Shown here: one piece after another, positions 21,122-30,536 of the stretch
Layout of the letters: the number at the start of each line of letters is the position of its first letter
Numbering within the stretch: the first letter of the stretch is position 1
DNA from: a phage
DNA length: 64,000 nucleotides
Sequence record: PX104379.1
Strand: one strand, 5' to 3'
The notes under the pieces: generated by a model
Databases searched by the model: none
What the model was told of the DNA's origin: nothing
Seen by the model: the letters and a program-made list of their open reading frames with translations, nothing else
Program-made: the position numbers and the translations under genes

Positions 21122-22216
21122 ATGGCAATTGTTAAAGAAATAACTGCTGATTTAATTAAAAAGTCCGGTGAGAAAATTTCAGCCGGACAGAGTACTAAAT
21201 CAGAAGTAGGAACTAAAACATACACAGCCCAGTTTCCAACTGGGCGTGCTAGTGGTAATGACACTACAGGGGACTTCCAGGTAACAGATCTATATAAGAA
21301 TGGATTATTATTTACTGCATACAATATGTCATCTAGGGATTCTGGAAGTCTTAGATCGATGAGATCTAACTACTCTTCTTCATCTTCGAGTATTTTACGT
21401 ACAGCCAGAAACACTATCAGTAATACAGTATCAAAACTGTCAAATGGATTAATATCAGATAATAATTCAGGAACAATAAGTAAAGCCCCTGTTGCAAATA
21501 TTCTTTTACCAAGATCTAAATCCGATGTTGATACATCATCACATAGATTTAATGATGTTCAAGAAAGTCTTATCAGCAGAGGCGGAGGTACTGCTACTGG
21601 TGTGCTAAGTAATATTGCTTCAACTGCAGTATTTGGAGCACTGGAAAGTATAACACAAGGTATAATGGCTGATAATAATGAACAAATATACACTACGGCT
21701 CGAAGTATGTATGGTGGTGCTGAAAATAGAACTAAAGTGTTTACTTGGGATTTGACTCCACGTTCAACAGAAGATTTAATGGCTATTATTAATATCTATC
21801 AATATTTTAACTATTTTTCTTATGGTGAAACTGGTAAATCTCAATATGCTGCTGAAATAAAGGGGTATTTAGATGATTGGTATCGTTCTACGTTAATTGA
21901 ACCTTTATCTCCGGAAGACGCAGCTAAAAATAAAACACTATTTGAGAAAATGACATCGAGTTTAACTAACGTTCTAGTAGTTTCAAACCCGACAATTTGG
22001 ATGGTGAAAAACTTTGGTGCAACATCTAAGTTTGATGGAAAAACGGAAATATTTGGCCCATGCCAAATACAAAGCATCAGATTTGATAAAACACCTAATG
22101 GTAACTTTAACGGATTGGCTATTGCTCCAAACCTCCCTAGTACATTTACCCTTGAGATTACTATGAGAGAAATTATCACGTTAAACCGTGCTTCTTTATA
22201 TGCGGGGACTTTTTAA
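21122..22216 (+). CDS. 48: Baseplate-tail tube junction protein gp48
   Basis: 364 aa, position and size match. Confidence 0.9.
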   Translation: MAIVKEITADLIKKSGEKISAGQSTKSEVGTKTYTAQFPTGRASGNDTTGDFQVTDLYKNGLLFTAYNMSSRDSGSLRSMRSNYSSSSSSILRTARNTISNTVSKLSNGLISDNNSGTISKAPVANILLPRSKSDVDTSSHRFNDVQESLISRGGGTATGVLSNIASTAVFGALESITQGIMADNNEQIYTTARSMYGGAENRTKVFTWDLTPRSTEDLMAIINIYQYFNYFSYGETGKSQYAAEIKGYLDDWYRSTLIEPLSPEDAAKNKTLFEKMTSSLTNVLVVSNPTIWMVKNFGATSKFDGKTEIFGPCQIQSIRFDKTPNGNFNGLAIAPNLPSTFTLEITMREIITLNRASLYAGTF

Positions 22217-23181
22217 TGTATTCTTTAGAGGAATTTAATAATCAAGCAATAAACGCAGATTTCCAACGTAATAATATGTTTAGCTGCGTTTTTGCGACAA
22301 CTCCATCAACTAAAAGCTCTTCGTTGATAAGTTCAATTAGCAACTTTTCTTATAATAACTTGGGCCTAAATTCAGATTGGTTAGGATTGACTCAAGGTGA
22401 TATTAATCAGGGAATTACCACGCTAATTACTGCTGGCACACAAAAACTGATAAGAAAATCAGGGGTTAGTAAATATCTTATTGGTGTCATGAGTCAACGT
22501 ACAGTTCAAAGTTTATTAGGCTCATTTACAGTTGGTACATATTTAATTGACTTCTTTAACATGGCATATAACTCATCTGGATTGATGATATACTCTGTAA
22601 AAATGCCAGAGAATAGATTATCCTATGAAACTGACTGGAACTACAATTCTCCTAATATTCGCATAACCGGGAGAGAATTAGACCCTTTGGTTATTTCATT
22701 TAGAATGGATTCAGAAGCTTGTAACTATCGTGCAATGCAAGACTGGGTTAACTCCGTTCAAGACCCAGTAACTGGATTACGCGCTTTGCCGCAGGATGTC
22801 GAGGCAGATATTCAGGTTAATCTTCATTCTCGTAATGGATTGCCTCATACTGCGGTGATGTTCACTGGATGCATTCCAATATCAGTGAGCGCTCCTGAGT
22901 TATCATATGATGGAGATAACCAAATAACTACATTTGACGTTACTTTTGCGTATAGAGTGATGCAGGCTGGAGCAGTTGATAGGCAAGCTGCGCTTGAATG
23001 GCTTGAATCTGCTGCTATAAATGGTATTCAAAGCGTTCTCGGAAATAGTGGAGGTGTTACTGGACTATCTAATTCGCTTTCACGACTCAGTAGATTAGGG
23101 GGAACTGCAGGAAGCATTTCAAACATTAATACTATGACAGGAATTGTCAATTCGCAAAGTAAAATATTAGGAGCAATATAA
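22216..23181 (+). CDS. 54: Baseplate-tail tube initiator gp54
   Basis: 321 aa, followed by strong hairpin terminator. Confidence 0.9.
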   Translation: MYSLEEFNNQAINADFQRNNMFSCVFATTPSTKSSSLISSISNFSYNNLGLNSDWLGLTQGDINQGITTLITAGTQKLIRKSGVSKYLIGVMSQRTVQSLLGSFTVGTYLIDFFNMAYNSSGLMIYSVKMPENRLSYETDWNYNSPNIRITGRELDPLVISFRMDSEACNYRAMQDWVNSVQDPVTGLRALPQDVEADIQVNLHSRNGLPHTAVMFTGCIPISVSAPELSYDGDNQITTFDVTFAYRVMQAGAVDRQAALEWLESAAINGIQSVLGNSGGVTGLSNSLSRLSRLGGTAGSISNINTMTGIVNSQSKILGAI

Positions 23182-23185
23182 CAAT

Positions 23186-23212
23186 GGGGACCTTTCGGTC
23201 CCCATATTTTTA
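23186..23212 (+). terminator. Terminator after gene 54
   Basis: GGGGACC-TTTC-GGTCCCC followed by ATATTTTTATTT. Confidence 0.7.
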
Positions 23213-23500
23213 TTTACGGAATGAAATAAAAGCAGCAACTGAAGCAACTAAACTGTCTTCAATATAAACCTCAATTTTTACCGGAGCTTCTGACTCAAAT
23301 TTACCTGTTACTACACCTTGGAAAATACTTTCAGTCTGTTCTGGCTTTGAAAAATTTTCAGAAGGAAAAATTCCGAACTTTTTATCTGTTCCAAAAATTT
23401 TGATAAATTCATCGTAAACTGCTTCATTAAAAGCATTATCAGCAGGAATAACGCCTTCAACTACAAGTTCTTGACCTAAAAAGCGTAAAGAAGATTTCAT
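23210..23500 (-). CDS. Hypothetical protein (position of T4 alt.-3)
   Basis: 96-aa ORF with early promoter and GAGGAA ribosome-binding site upstream. Confidence 0.55.
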   Translation of the reverse strand: MKSSLRFLGQELVVEGVIPADNAFNEAVYDEFIKIFGTDKKFGIFPSENFSKPEQTESIFQGVVTGKFESEAPVKIEVYIEDSLVASVAAFISFRK

Positions 23501-23531
23501 TTTGTGTTCCTCATGTTATGTCAGTAAGACT

Positions 23532-23561
23532 ACTATAACACAACACGAGGGACTTGTAAAC
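23532..23561 (-). promoter_or_regulatory. Early (sigma-70 type) promoter for alt.-3-position gene
   Basis: Minus strand GTTTACA, 17-nt spacer, TGnTATAGT extended -10, then GAGGAA and ATG. Confidence 0.55.
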
Positions 23562-25618
23562 TACATTTTGAACTTTTTAGACATTCCGTTGATGTTAACC
23601 AAAGAAGCCAAGATTTGAGAAACTTCGTTTTCCTCTTCTTTTGATTCTTCTACAAGGAATTGATTAAATCCAGTCATTGGACGAACTTCACCAGTTTCCA
23701 TCAAATGATCGCCATCATATACTGATTCTTCTAATTGCTCAGAAGGAGGAACGATTGTACCTTCGATTAGATACTTGTTATAAGCAGTTTCTTTCATAAA
23801 GTACGTACTTACTTTATTAATCTTCAGTAAAATTCCACGTGGTAGAATAACTTCAGCTTCTGATGGAAATCCTGATAAATGACCTGGAACGATAACTTTG
23901 ATTCGCTCAGCTCCTTTAATTACCATACCCACGCTAGTTTCAGCATCTTCATTAGCATATGTAGAATGACTACCCATATGCATCAAATCTTCTGCATCAA
24001 CAGAACCTTCTCCTTCACCAGAAAATACTGCGCCGGAATCATCTAGAGCCATATAGTTTTTACCATGCTCTCCGAAGATATTTGGTTTAAGTGATGTTGA
24101 TACGAAGTTCTTGAAATAGAACATTTTGTTTTCAATGTTATGACGCAAAGTTTTAAAGGTAACTTCTTGTCCACGATAAAGTGTAGTTCCTGGAGGAAGA
24201 ACTGAACCTTTAGCGAATGCAGAATCCAACGTCTCGATGTGCTTAATGGCACGTTCCATATATTCTTCACGGGTAGAATCTGGTTTACCCAAAAGGAACG
24301 AGTTCATTTCAACATATGAATCTGCGCAATAATCTTCAATTACATCAGATTCAGCTTGAGTTAATCCTTTTGGAGTTACTTCGGTGCTTGCGTATTCATA
24401 TGCCTGGGCAGCAGATTCATTAATCAATTTATAAATGCCATTCATTACAAATTGAATAATAGCTGTCTTTTCATCTGGCGTAGCTTTAGAACCTTTAACC
24501 AAATCATTGATAATTTTCTTAATAACATCAAAGCTATTAGAAATATTAATATCAGCAAGATCGCTTAAAATTTTATCAGTTTTATAATCAAAGAATTCTT
24601 TATTCTTTAAATATTCTTGAGAACCTTGATATGTTATATCGCTCTGCAACTTGATAGATGGATCACGTAAACGTGCATGGGCTAATGCAATATGATTTCG
24701 GAAGTTTTCTAGTTCGTAATCGCTAGATTTAAAACGAGAAGCACTTCTCATACCACCAATAGCTCCTTTGCTGAAGTTTGAACCAATCTGAATAACGCCA
24801 GAGTTCATTGGTCCTTCTGCTTTATACACCGGAACTTTAGATTCAAACTCTTGATATTTCTTAGCAGCGAAGCTATCACCCTGAAGTGAAGCATCGACAG
24901 TAGAATATTGAGCTTGTGCTGCTAATCGACGACTAATTTTAGTTTTCTGAATAACAGCTTGATCAGTGCGCTTATCATTTTCTAAAGCAATAGAAGCAGC
25001 AACAGCGACAGCTTTAGGAACAGCATTACCTGTTTTAACGTCTACATAAACATCACCAACCTTTGATTCAACTTTTGTGAATAACTCAGTTGAAATAGGA
25101 GGTACACCTGGAATGTCTTCTAAATTGGCATTTTTACGGTAAACCATAATATATGCATATTTCTTATCAAAGTCCCAGATTTCCTTTAAAAGAACATATC
25201 GACCTGCTCCTTTAGTACGTACTAAACGGTCAGCAATAACTTGCATTTGACGAGCAGCGCCATTTGTTTTACTCTTTAGTACGCGAAATAAGCATGCATC
25301 AATTTTATACTGTTTCATTGTTTGAAGAGCAGTATCAAAAACAGCATTAATGACGCCAATTGGATTTCCACCCAAGTTTTTAAGCTTAACTAACGATAAT
25401 TTCTCGTTGACACCTATCATTACGATATGCATCATTTTATCGCCTGGCTTAACGTTTTTATTCGTATCACCGCCAGAGGTGTATGTACAAAATCTAAATC
25501 CAGGAAGCACGCTTTCTTCACCGGCTTGAATAGCAAAAATTTGTGGTATTTTATGCTTAGGATTTAAGTTAACAACCGGCGCCGAAGCGCCGTCAAATAA
25601 TTCTGTAATAAGTTCCAT
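23561..25618 (-). CDS. Alt-family ADP-ribosyltransferase paralogue
   Basis: 685 aa; N-terminus MELITELFD shared with Alt; R-S-ExE type motifs YRGQ, NFVSTSL, EAEVILPRG. Confidence 0.85.
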   Translation of the reverse strand: MELITELFDGASAPVVNLNPKHKIPQIFAIQAGEESVLPGFRFCTYTSGGDTNKNVKPGDKMMHIVMIGVNEKLSLVKLKNLGGNPIGVINAVFDTALQTMKQYKIDACLFRVLKSKTNGAARQMQVIADRLVRTKGAGRYVLLKEIWDFDKKYAYIMVYRKNANLEDIPGVPPISTELFTKVESKVGDVYVDVKTGNAVPKAVAVAASIALENDKRTDQAVIQKTKISRRLAAQAQYSTVDASLQGDSFAAKKYQEFESKVPVYKAEGPMNSGVIQIGSNFSKGAIGGMRSASRFKSSDYELENFRNHIALAHARLRDPSIKLQSDITYQGSQEYLKNKEFFDYKTDKILSDLADINISNSFDVIKKIINDLVKGSKATPDEKTAIIQFVMNGIYKLINESAAQAYEYASTEVTPKGLTQAESDVIEDYCADSYVEMNSFLLGKPDSTREEYMERAIKHIETLDSAFAKGSVLPPGTTLYRGQEVTFKTLRHNIENKMFYFKNFVSTSLKPNIFGEHGKNYMALDDSGAVFSGEGEGSVDAEDLMHMGSHSTYANEDAETSVGMVIKGAERIKVIVPGHLSGFPSEAEVILPRGILLKINKVSTYFMKETAYNKYLIEGTIVPPSEQLEESVYDGDHLMETGEVRPMTGFNQFLVEESKEEENEVSQILASLVNINGMSKKFKM

Positions 25619-25621
25619 GAT

Positions 25622-27715
25622 TTATCCTTGAACGAACTTGTAAGGCATGTTTGTAATATCTATGCAAGACGCAATAATTCCAAGAGATGATTCTACTTTC
25701 TGTTTAACGTTTGATGAAACAAATGATGCAAAGTCAACTCTGTCTTCTATTTCAATATCACCTGTCATTGCAACCAATTCACCAGTTTCCATTAAATGGT
25801 CTCCGTCATAGATTACCGATTCGGTGAGTTCTTCGGTGGTCATAACTTCAGCTTGAATGAGTTTTGTATTATTAGACGTGGTTCCGTCATTATTAGAAGC
25901 ATCAGTTATTTTATTAACTTTGACCATCAATCCGCGCGGTAGAATAACTTCAGCTTCTGTTGCTATTCCGAGACTTCCTGGATATACAACATTAACTTTA
26001 TGAGCTCCATCAATTACCCATCCTATTTGAACTTTAACGTATTCAGGATTTTCTTTATACGCTCTTATTTCGTTTGGATTAATAGTTATTCCTTCTTCAT
26101 TTTTATCAACTGTCAATTCATTACGAGTTTCTGGTTCTAAAAGACCAATACCAGCATGTGTAATTCCAAAACGTCCAAAAATGATAGGAGTTAAAGAAGT
26201 AGATACAAAATTTCTGAAATAGAACACTTTATTTTTAACTAGTGCTTCGTATATAGGAGCAGTCATACTTTGAGCACGATAAACTGTGATGCCTTCCGGT
26301 ATGCGGTCACCATTTTCAAAAGCTGAATCTAAGTTATTTATAGCAGATTCAATTTCTTTTTCACTCATTACATCATATCGTTCTGGATTGTAACGACCTA
26401 AAAGAAGATTATTAATGTCAGTATATCCTGAACCACAATATTCTCTAATACCGCGCTTTTGTGATGGAGTATATTTAGAACCATCGCGGGCAATAGTAAT
26501 ATCAATCATTGGACCAGCACCAATTCCAGAAAAACTGTAAATCATTCGTTTGAGGAATTTAGTTTTTGCTGCGTTCCAGGAATTTTTAGTTATTTCTTCC
26601 CAGACTTCATCTGGTTGTCCTTTACGATTTTTATTATGATTAGCAAGCCATTTATCTTTATAATCTTCAAAGAATTGATTTACAGCTGCTGCGTATTTCT
26701 CTAAACATTTTATTGAAGTAGTTGGTTCATTTTTAATTGCATTAAAAATTACTTCTTTAATTTTTTCTGAAACTTCACCGACTTGACTCATTGGAAAGAA
26801 TTTATAATCATAGTGAAGTTCATCTGCCGTTCCTTCAGCAATAATTTTTGCTGCCTTTGTTTTAGAAGCTAATGAATTAATTCCAATTTTCATTTCTTCT
26901 GCTTCGGGAATTAAAGGTGCAGTAGCTGGTTTATTAAAATTAGCTGCTGTAGATTCATACTTTTGGAATAATTCACTTTCAAATCTAGAAGATTCCAATG
27001 ACTGACTCTGTGCAATTGCTCTACGGGAAATTTTAACTTTAACGATTACAGCTTGGTCAGAACGTTTATCGTTTTCTTGCGCAATAGATGCTGCAATTGC
27101 CTCATTTTTAGTTACTTGAGCTCCGGTATCTTTATTAATATAAACATCGCCGACCTTCGATTCAACTTTAGTAAAGAGCTCGGTACTAATTTCAGGAACT
27201 CCTGGAATGTCTTCTAGTGATACATTTTTGCGATGTATAAGAATATATGCATACTTTTTATCGTAATCCCAGAGTTCCTTAAGAAGGACGTATCTGCCAC
27301 CTGAACGACTACGGATAAGTCTATCAGCAATAACTTGAATTTGTCGAGCTTGGCCAGCAGTTTTAGACTTAAGAATACGAAGCATACAAGCATCAATTTT
27401 ATATTGACGCATTGTTTGCATTGCAACAGTAAAAACTGAATTGATATAATTAATTGGGCTTGGACCAAGACCTTTTAATTTAGCAATTGAACCTTTAGCA
27501 GTTAATGTAAAAGGAACAATATGCATCATTTTGTCGCCCATTTTTAAATCGCGATTAGTATCACCTCCAGATGTATAGGTACATAAACGAAAGCCTGGTT
27601 GTTCAATTGCATCATCAACATGAACTGAAAAAATTTGTGGTATTTTCTTCTTTGGATTTAAGTTTGTAATCGGAAGAGTAGTATCTTCGTCAAATAATTC
27701 TGTAATGAGTTCCAT
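25622..27715 (-). CDS. alt: Alt ADP-ribosyltransferase (head-packaged, injected)
   Basis: N-terminus MELITELFDEDTTLPITNL matches T4 Alt as recalled; motifs YRAQ, NFVSTSL, EAEVILPRG; late promoter upstream; exact start codon +/-1 nt uncertain. Confidence 0.9.
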   Translation of the reverse strand: MELITELFDEDTTLPITNLNPKKKIPQIFSVHVDDAIEQPGFRLCTYTSGGDTNRDLKMGDKMMHIVPFTLTAKGSIAKLKGLGPSPINYINSVFTVAMQTMRQYKIDACMLRILKSKTAGQARQIQVIADRLIRSRSGGRYVLLKELWDYDKKYAYILIHRKNVSLEDIPGVPEISTELFTKVESKVGDVYINKDTGAQVTKNEAIAASIAQENDKRSDQAVIVKVKISRRAIAQSQSLESSRFESELFQKYESTAANFNKPATAPLIPEAEEMKIGINSLASKTKAAKIIAEGTADELHYDYKFFPMSQVGEVSEKIKEVIFNAIKNEPTTSIKCLEKYAAAVNQFFEDYKDKWLANHNKNRKGQPDEVWEEITKNSWNAAKTKFLKRMIYSFSGIGAGPMIDITIARDGSKYTPSQKRGIREYCGSGYTDINNLLLGRYNPERYDVMSEKEIESAINNLDSAFENGDRIPEGITVYRAQSMTAPIYEALVKNKVFYFRNFVSTSLTPIIFGRFGITHAGIGLLEPETRNELTVDKNEEGITINPNEIRAYKENPEYVKVQIGWVIDGAHKVNVVYPGSLGIATEAEVILPRGLMVKVNKITDASNNDGTTSNNTKLIQAEVMTTEELTESVIYDGDHLMETGELVAMTGDIEIEDRVDFASFVSSNVKQKVESSLGIIASCIDITNMPYKFVQG

Positions 27716-27737
27716 CATATCCTCTCTAGTGTTTATT

Positions 27738-27745
27738 CTATTTAT
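27738..27745 (-). promoter_or_regulatory. T4-type late promoter upstream of alt
   Basis: TATAAATA on minus strand about 25 bp before alt ATG, followed by GAGAGGA. Confidence 0.6.
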
Positions 27746-27750
27746 AAAAT

Positions 27751-27768
27751 TAAAGGCCCGAAGGCCTT
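27751..27768 (-). terminator. Hairpin between ligase-side ORF and alt late promoter
   Basis: AAAGGCC-CGAA-GGCCTTT palindromic hairpin. Confidence 0.45.
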
Positions 27769-27956
27769 TAATAATCTATTGGTAAGAGAGTACGATATAT
27801 TTCAAACTTTGGACCTTTTTCATAGGCATCAAATGTTTCTGTGAATTTATTATAAGCATATGCATCTATAAATTCAATCATGATTTGTGATACAGAAGTA
27901 GAAACATCTCCACCTTCTTTTTGAGCCACGACAATTGTTTCTAAGTAAGCTTTCAT
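27768..27956 (-). CDS. Hypothetical protein, 62 aa
   Basis: ORF overlapping ligase start, between ligase and alt; no motif. Confidence 0.4.
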   Translation of the reverse strand: MKAYLETIVVAQKEGGDVSTSVSQIMIEFIDAYAYNKFTETFDAYEKGPKFEIYRTLLPIDY

Positions 27957-29416
27957 AAACCAGTTACCTCATGAAAATCGCCAAATACATCTTCGAACGT
28001 ATTAGCTTTAGTTTTATCTTCACGCAAACGAATCGCAATCGGAAGAAATAATTTAACGTAATCAGTGCGGCCATCAGATTTTAACCAACCGTTGCATTCG
28101 CACTCTAGAATTTTTCCAATATAATAATTTTGGTTTTCCATAATGCGAGTACGGTCAAGTTCATGCGATTTTACACCGGCTTTATCTTTTAAGCCTGAAC
28201 CAGCATTTACTTTAATTTTTCCACACTCTGACTCAAGAATAAATCCACCTGCTTTAGTAGGGTCTTTACGGTGAGGATAAATTCCTACAATTTTTAAATC
28301 AACATCAATTACTTCTTTAAATTTATAGAGATTTTTTGAACGAGCATTTTCCCATAATCCATCGATATTTTTGAGAATAATACCTTCAAGACCTTGGTCA
28401 ATATACTTTTTGTAAATTACCTTAGCTTCATCTAGGTTATTTACTACTTGGTTTTCAATTAAAATTACTTTATCATAGCCTGATGTCATTTGTTCTAGTT
28501 TAGAAAAACGTACATCATATTTTAAACGAAATGCTGGAAGACCATATATTTCTACTAATGGAACATAGTCCCAGACCTGAAACTTCATGCATTGTGCTTC
28601 TTTTTCAGAAATGGTTCCCTTTAAAGATTTATTGGCGATGCCATTAGATGCAGTACGTGATTCAGCTACTTCGGCGAATTCTTTAGCTTTACTAATTTCA
28701 GGATAAGCATCAAAAAGAAAATCTAGGCCTTCTGGTTCCTTTTCAACTTGCTCATGGTATACCAATTCGCCATCAATTAACACACCTTCTGGATGAATCT
28801 GGCGGGCTTCAGCAGTCATTTTGATTAACTCTTCCTTAAGAAGATCTAATCCTAGATATTCATTGCCAGCTCGTGATAAAAGACGAACATCATCTAATTC
28901 ATCACCTCTGACTTCGGCAAAGCACCGAGCTCCATCAGCTTTTAATTGGGCAAAGGCTGGAAATTTGATATTCTTATTAATGCCTTTTTCATCATAAGAA
29001 CTTGCCAGCATTTGAGGTTGTTCAGGAATTAAACCTGGCCAAACTTTATTTGCAATAGATACTGATGCACCGCATTCAAGGTCTCGCATCATCACCCGAC
29101 GCAAAACTTCAACATCATCTTTTTTACCATCGGTGATGTATCCAGTTAATTCCTCAATCGCCGCATTTCCAGTCAATTTCCGAGTAGCTAACGTGAATTC
29201 AATGAAGTCAAGCATATCGGTAAGAGTCAACATTCCAAAACTCTGGGTAGCAATACCAGGTTTAGGCCATTTCTTGATATAATACTGTAACCCACGAGAA
29301 TAAGTCAGACGATATACTCGTTTAAGCAATTCATTATCTTTATTCTTTTCAAGAATTGCTTGCTTCTGCTTAGTTGAACCAATAGATGCTATTTCGTTCA
29401 GAATTTTAAGAATCAT
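27953..29416 (-). CDS. 30: ATP-dependent DNA ligase gp30
   Basis: 487 aa; adenylation motif QLKADGARC; N-terminus MILKILNEIASIGSTKQKQAILEKNK matches T4 ligase. Confidence 0.95.
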   Translation of the reverse strand: MILKILNEIASIGSTKQKQAILEKNKDNELLKRVYRLTYSRGLQYYIKKWPKPGIATQSFGMLTLTDMLDFIEFTLATRKLTGNAAIEELTGYITDGKKDDVEVLRRVMMRDLECGASVSIANKVWPGLIPEQPQMLASSYDEKGINKNIKFPAFAQLKADGARCFAEVRGDELDDVRLLSRAGNEYLGLDLLKEELIKMTAEARQIHPEGVLIDGELVYHEQVEKEPEGLDFLFDAYPEISKAKEFAEVAESRTASNGIANKSLKGTISEKEAQCMKFQVWDYVPLVEIYGLPAFRLKYDVRFSKLEQMTSGYDKVILIENQVVNNLDEAKVIYKKYIDQGLEGIILKNIDGLWENARSKNLYKFKEVIDVDLKIVGIYPHRKDPTKAGGFILESECGKIKVNAGSGLKDKAGVKSHELDRTRIMENQNYYIGKILECECNGWLKSDGRTDYVKLFLPIAIRLREDKTKANTFEDVFGDFHEVTGL

Positions 29417-29682
29417 TGTTCATCCTTTAGAGTTTGGTTTACAGCTTTATTATAAATCAATTCATCATTAAGCTCAGTCAAAGACCTGTGGTACGTTGTT
29501 CTAACTTTATTTCCTTGCATCCAGTGCTTGACGTAAATGAAACCTTGCTCTACACATTTTTTAAAAATTCGTTCGTCTTTTTGAGCTCGGAATTCTGGAT
29601 TGCATCTAAAAAATTGATTTACGTGACCGTAATCACGTGTAGTATTACCTTCATTTTCATAAATAGTGTGAACAACAAACAT
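29413..29682 (-). CDS. Hypothetical protein (position of T4 30.1)
   Basis: 89-aa ORF overlapping flanking genes. Confidence 0.5.
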   Translation of the reverse strand: MFVVHTIYENEGNTTRDYGHVNQFFRCNPEFRAQKDERIFKKCVEQGFIYVKHWMQGNKVRTTYHRSLTELNDELIYNKAVNQTLKDEQ

Positions 29683-30536
29683 TAGAATGCTCCTTGGAAA
29701 ATATTATCACCACTACCACTAGTAAGTCTATTAAAATACCCTGCATCGCCAGGCTTAATATAACTCCATGTATGGAATGGATGCATCTGGTGTGAGTGCG
29801 TATAATATGGATGATATGGATTATAAGGATTAAATCCAGGAGTTCTCCAGGTAGTGTTCCAACGAAAAGAATCGTTTTTAATCATCTTCTCGATTACATC
29901 TTTTATAGCTTTTTCACTATCAAAACTTTCTTTATTTTCATTTGGTGGAAAAAGCTTATTCTCTACATCATTCCATGTATAAACTCGCTGGGCGGTTTTT
30001 GGAATACTGTCACGCTCCCCTCGAGCCATCCAATAAACAGGAACATTTAATATTTCACTTGCATGATCGCAGTGGTGAGCGAGATCGTCAATATAACAAA
30101 TTACGTTATATTTCTCTTTTGCCTTTTTGAACAACTCTTCTTTTGAAGAATCATGACCACACATCAATACTTCTGAGAAGGCACCAGGAAAAAGAGCATT
30201 CAAATTAAATTGACGATTCAACAAAGCATCAATAGAATCACCCAATGCTGTAACAGCTACAAAATTATAATCTTCTTTTAATTTGTTAATTACACACAGG
30301 GCATCTTTATATGGAGACAAATAGCGAATAAAATCTGAACGATTATACTTTTCGATTAATTTAACACCGAGTTCTTCATCGCAATTAAAGAGCTTACCAG
30401 GAGAAATAAATTTTTCGTCCTGAATCATTTTTAAAATATGTTCTAATGGAAGATTATATTTTTGGGCAAAATAAGGAAGACCTGATTGCCAGCTTAAACA
30501 TACACCATCAATATCAGTCAAAATAGTAGGCTTCAT
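29682..30536 (-). CDS. HAD-superfamily hydrolase-like protein with aromatic/His-rich C-terminal tail (position of T4 30.2)
   Basis: N-terminal DIDGV motif and downstream YIDDL; C-terminal NPYNPYHPYYTHSHQMHPFHTW segment. Confidence 0.6.
   Translation of the reverse strand: MKPTILTDIDGVCLSWQSGLPYFAQKYNLPLEHILKMIQDEKFISPGKLFNCDEELGVKLIEKYNRSDFIRYLSPYKDALCVINKLKEDYNFVAVTALGDSIDALLNRQFNLNALFPGAFSEVLMCGHDSSKEELFKKAKEKYNVICYIDDLAHHCDHASEILNVPVYWMARGERDSIPKTAQRVYTWNDVENKLFPPNENKESFDSEKAIKDVIEKMIKNDSFRWNTTWRTPGFNPYNPYHPYYTHSHQMHPFHTWSYIKPGDAGYFNRLTSGSGDNIFQGAF

Noticed and set aside
25619-27718. Apparent 1-nt frame inconsistency when hand-locating the alt start codon
   Set aside because: Most likely my own position-counting error; the track ORF is continuous with a proper stop, so no frameshift or pseudogene was called
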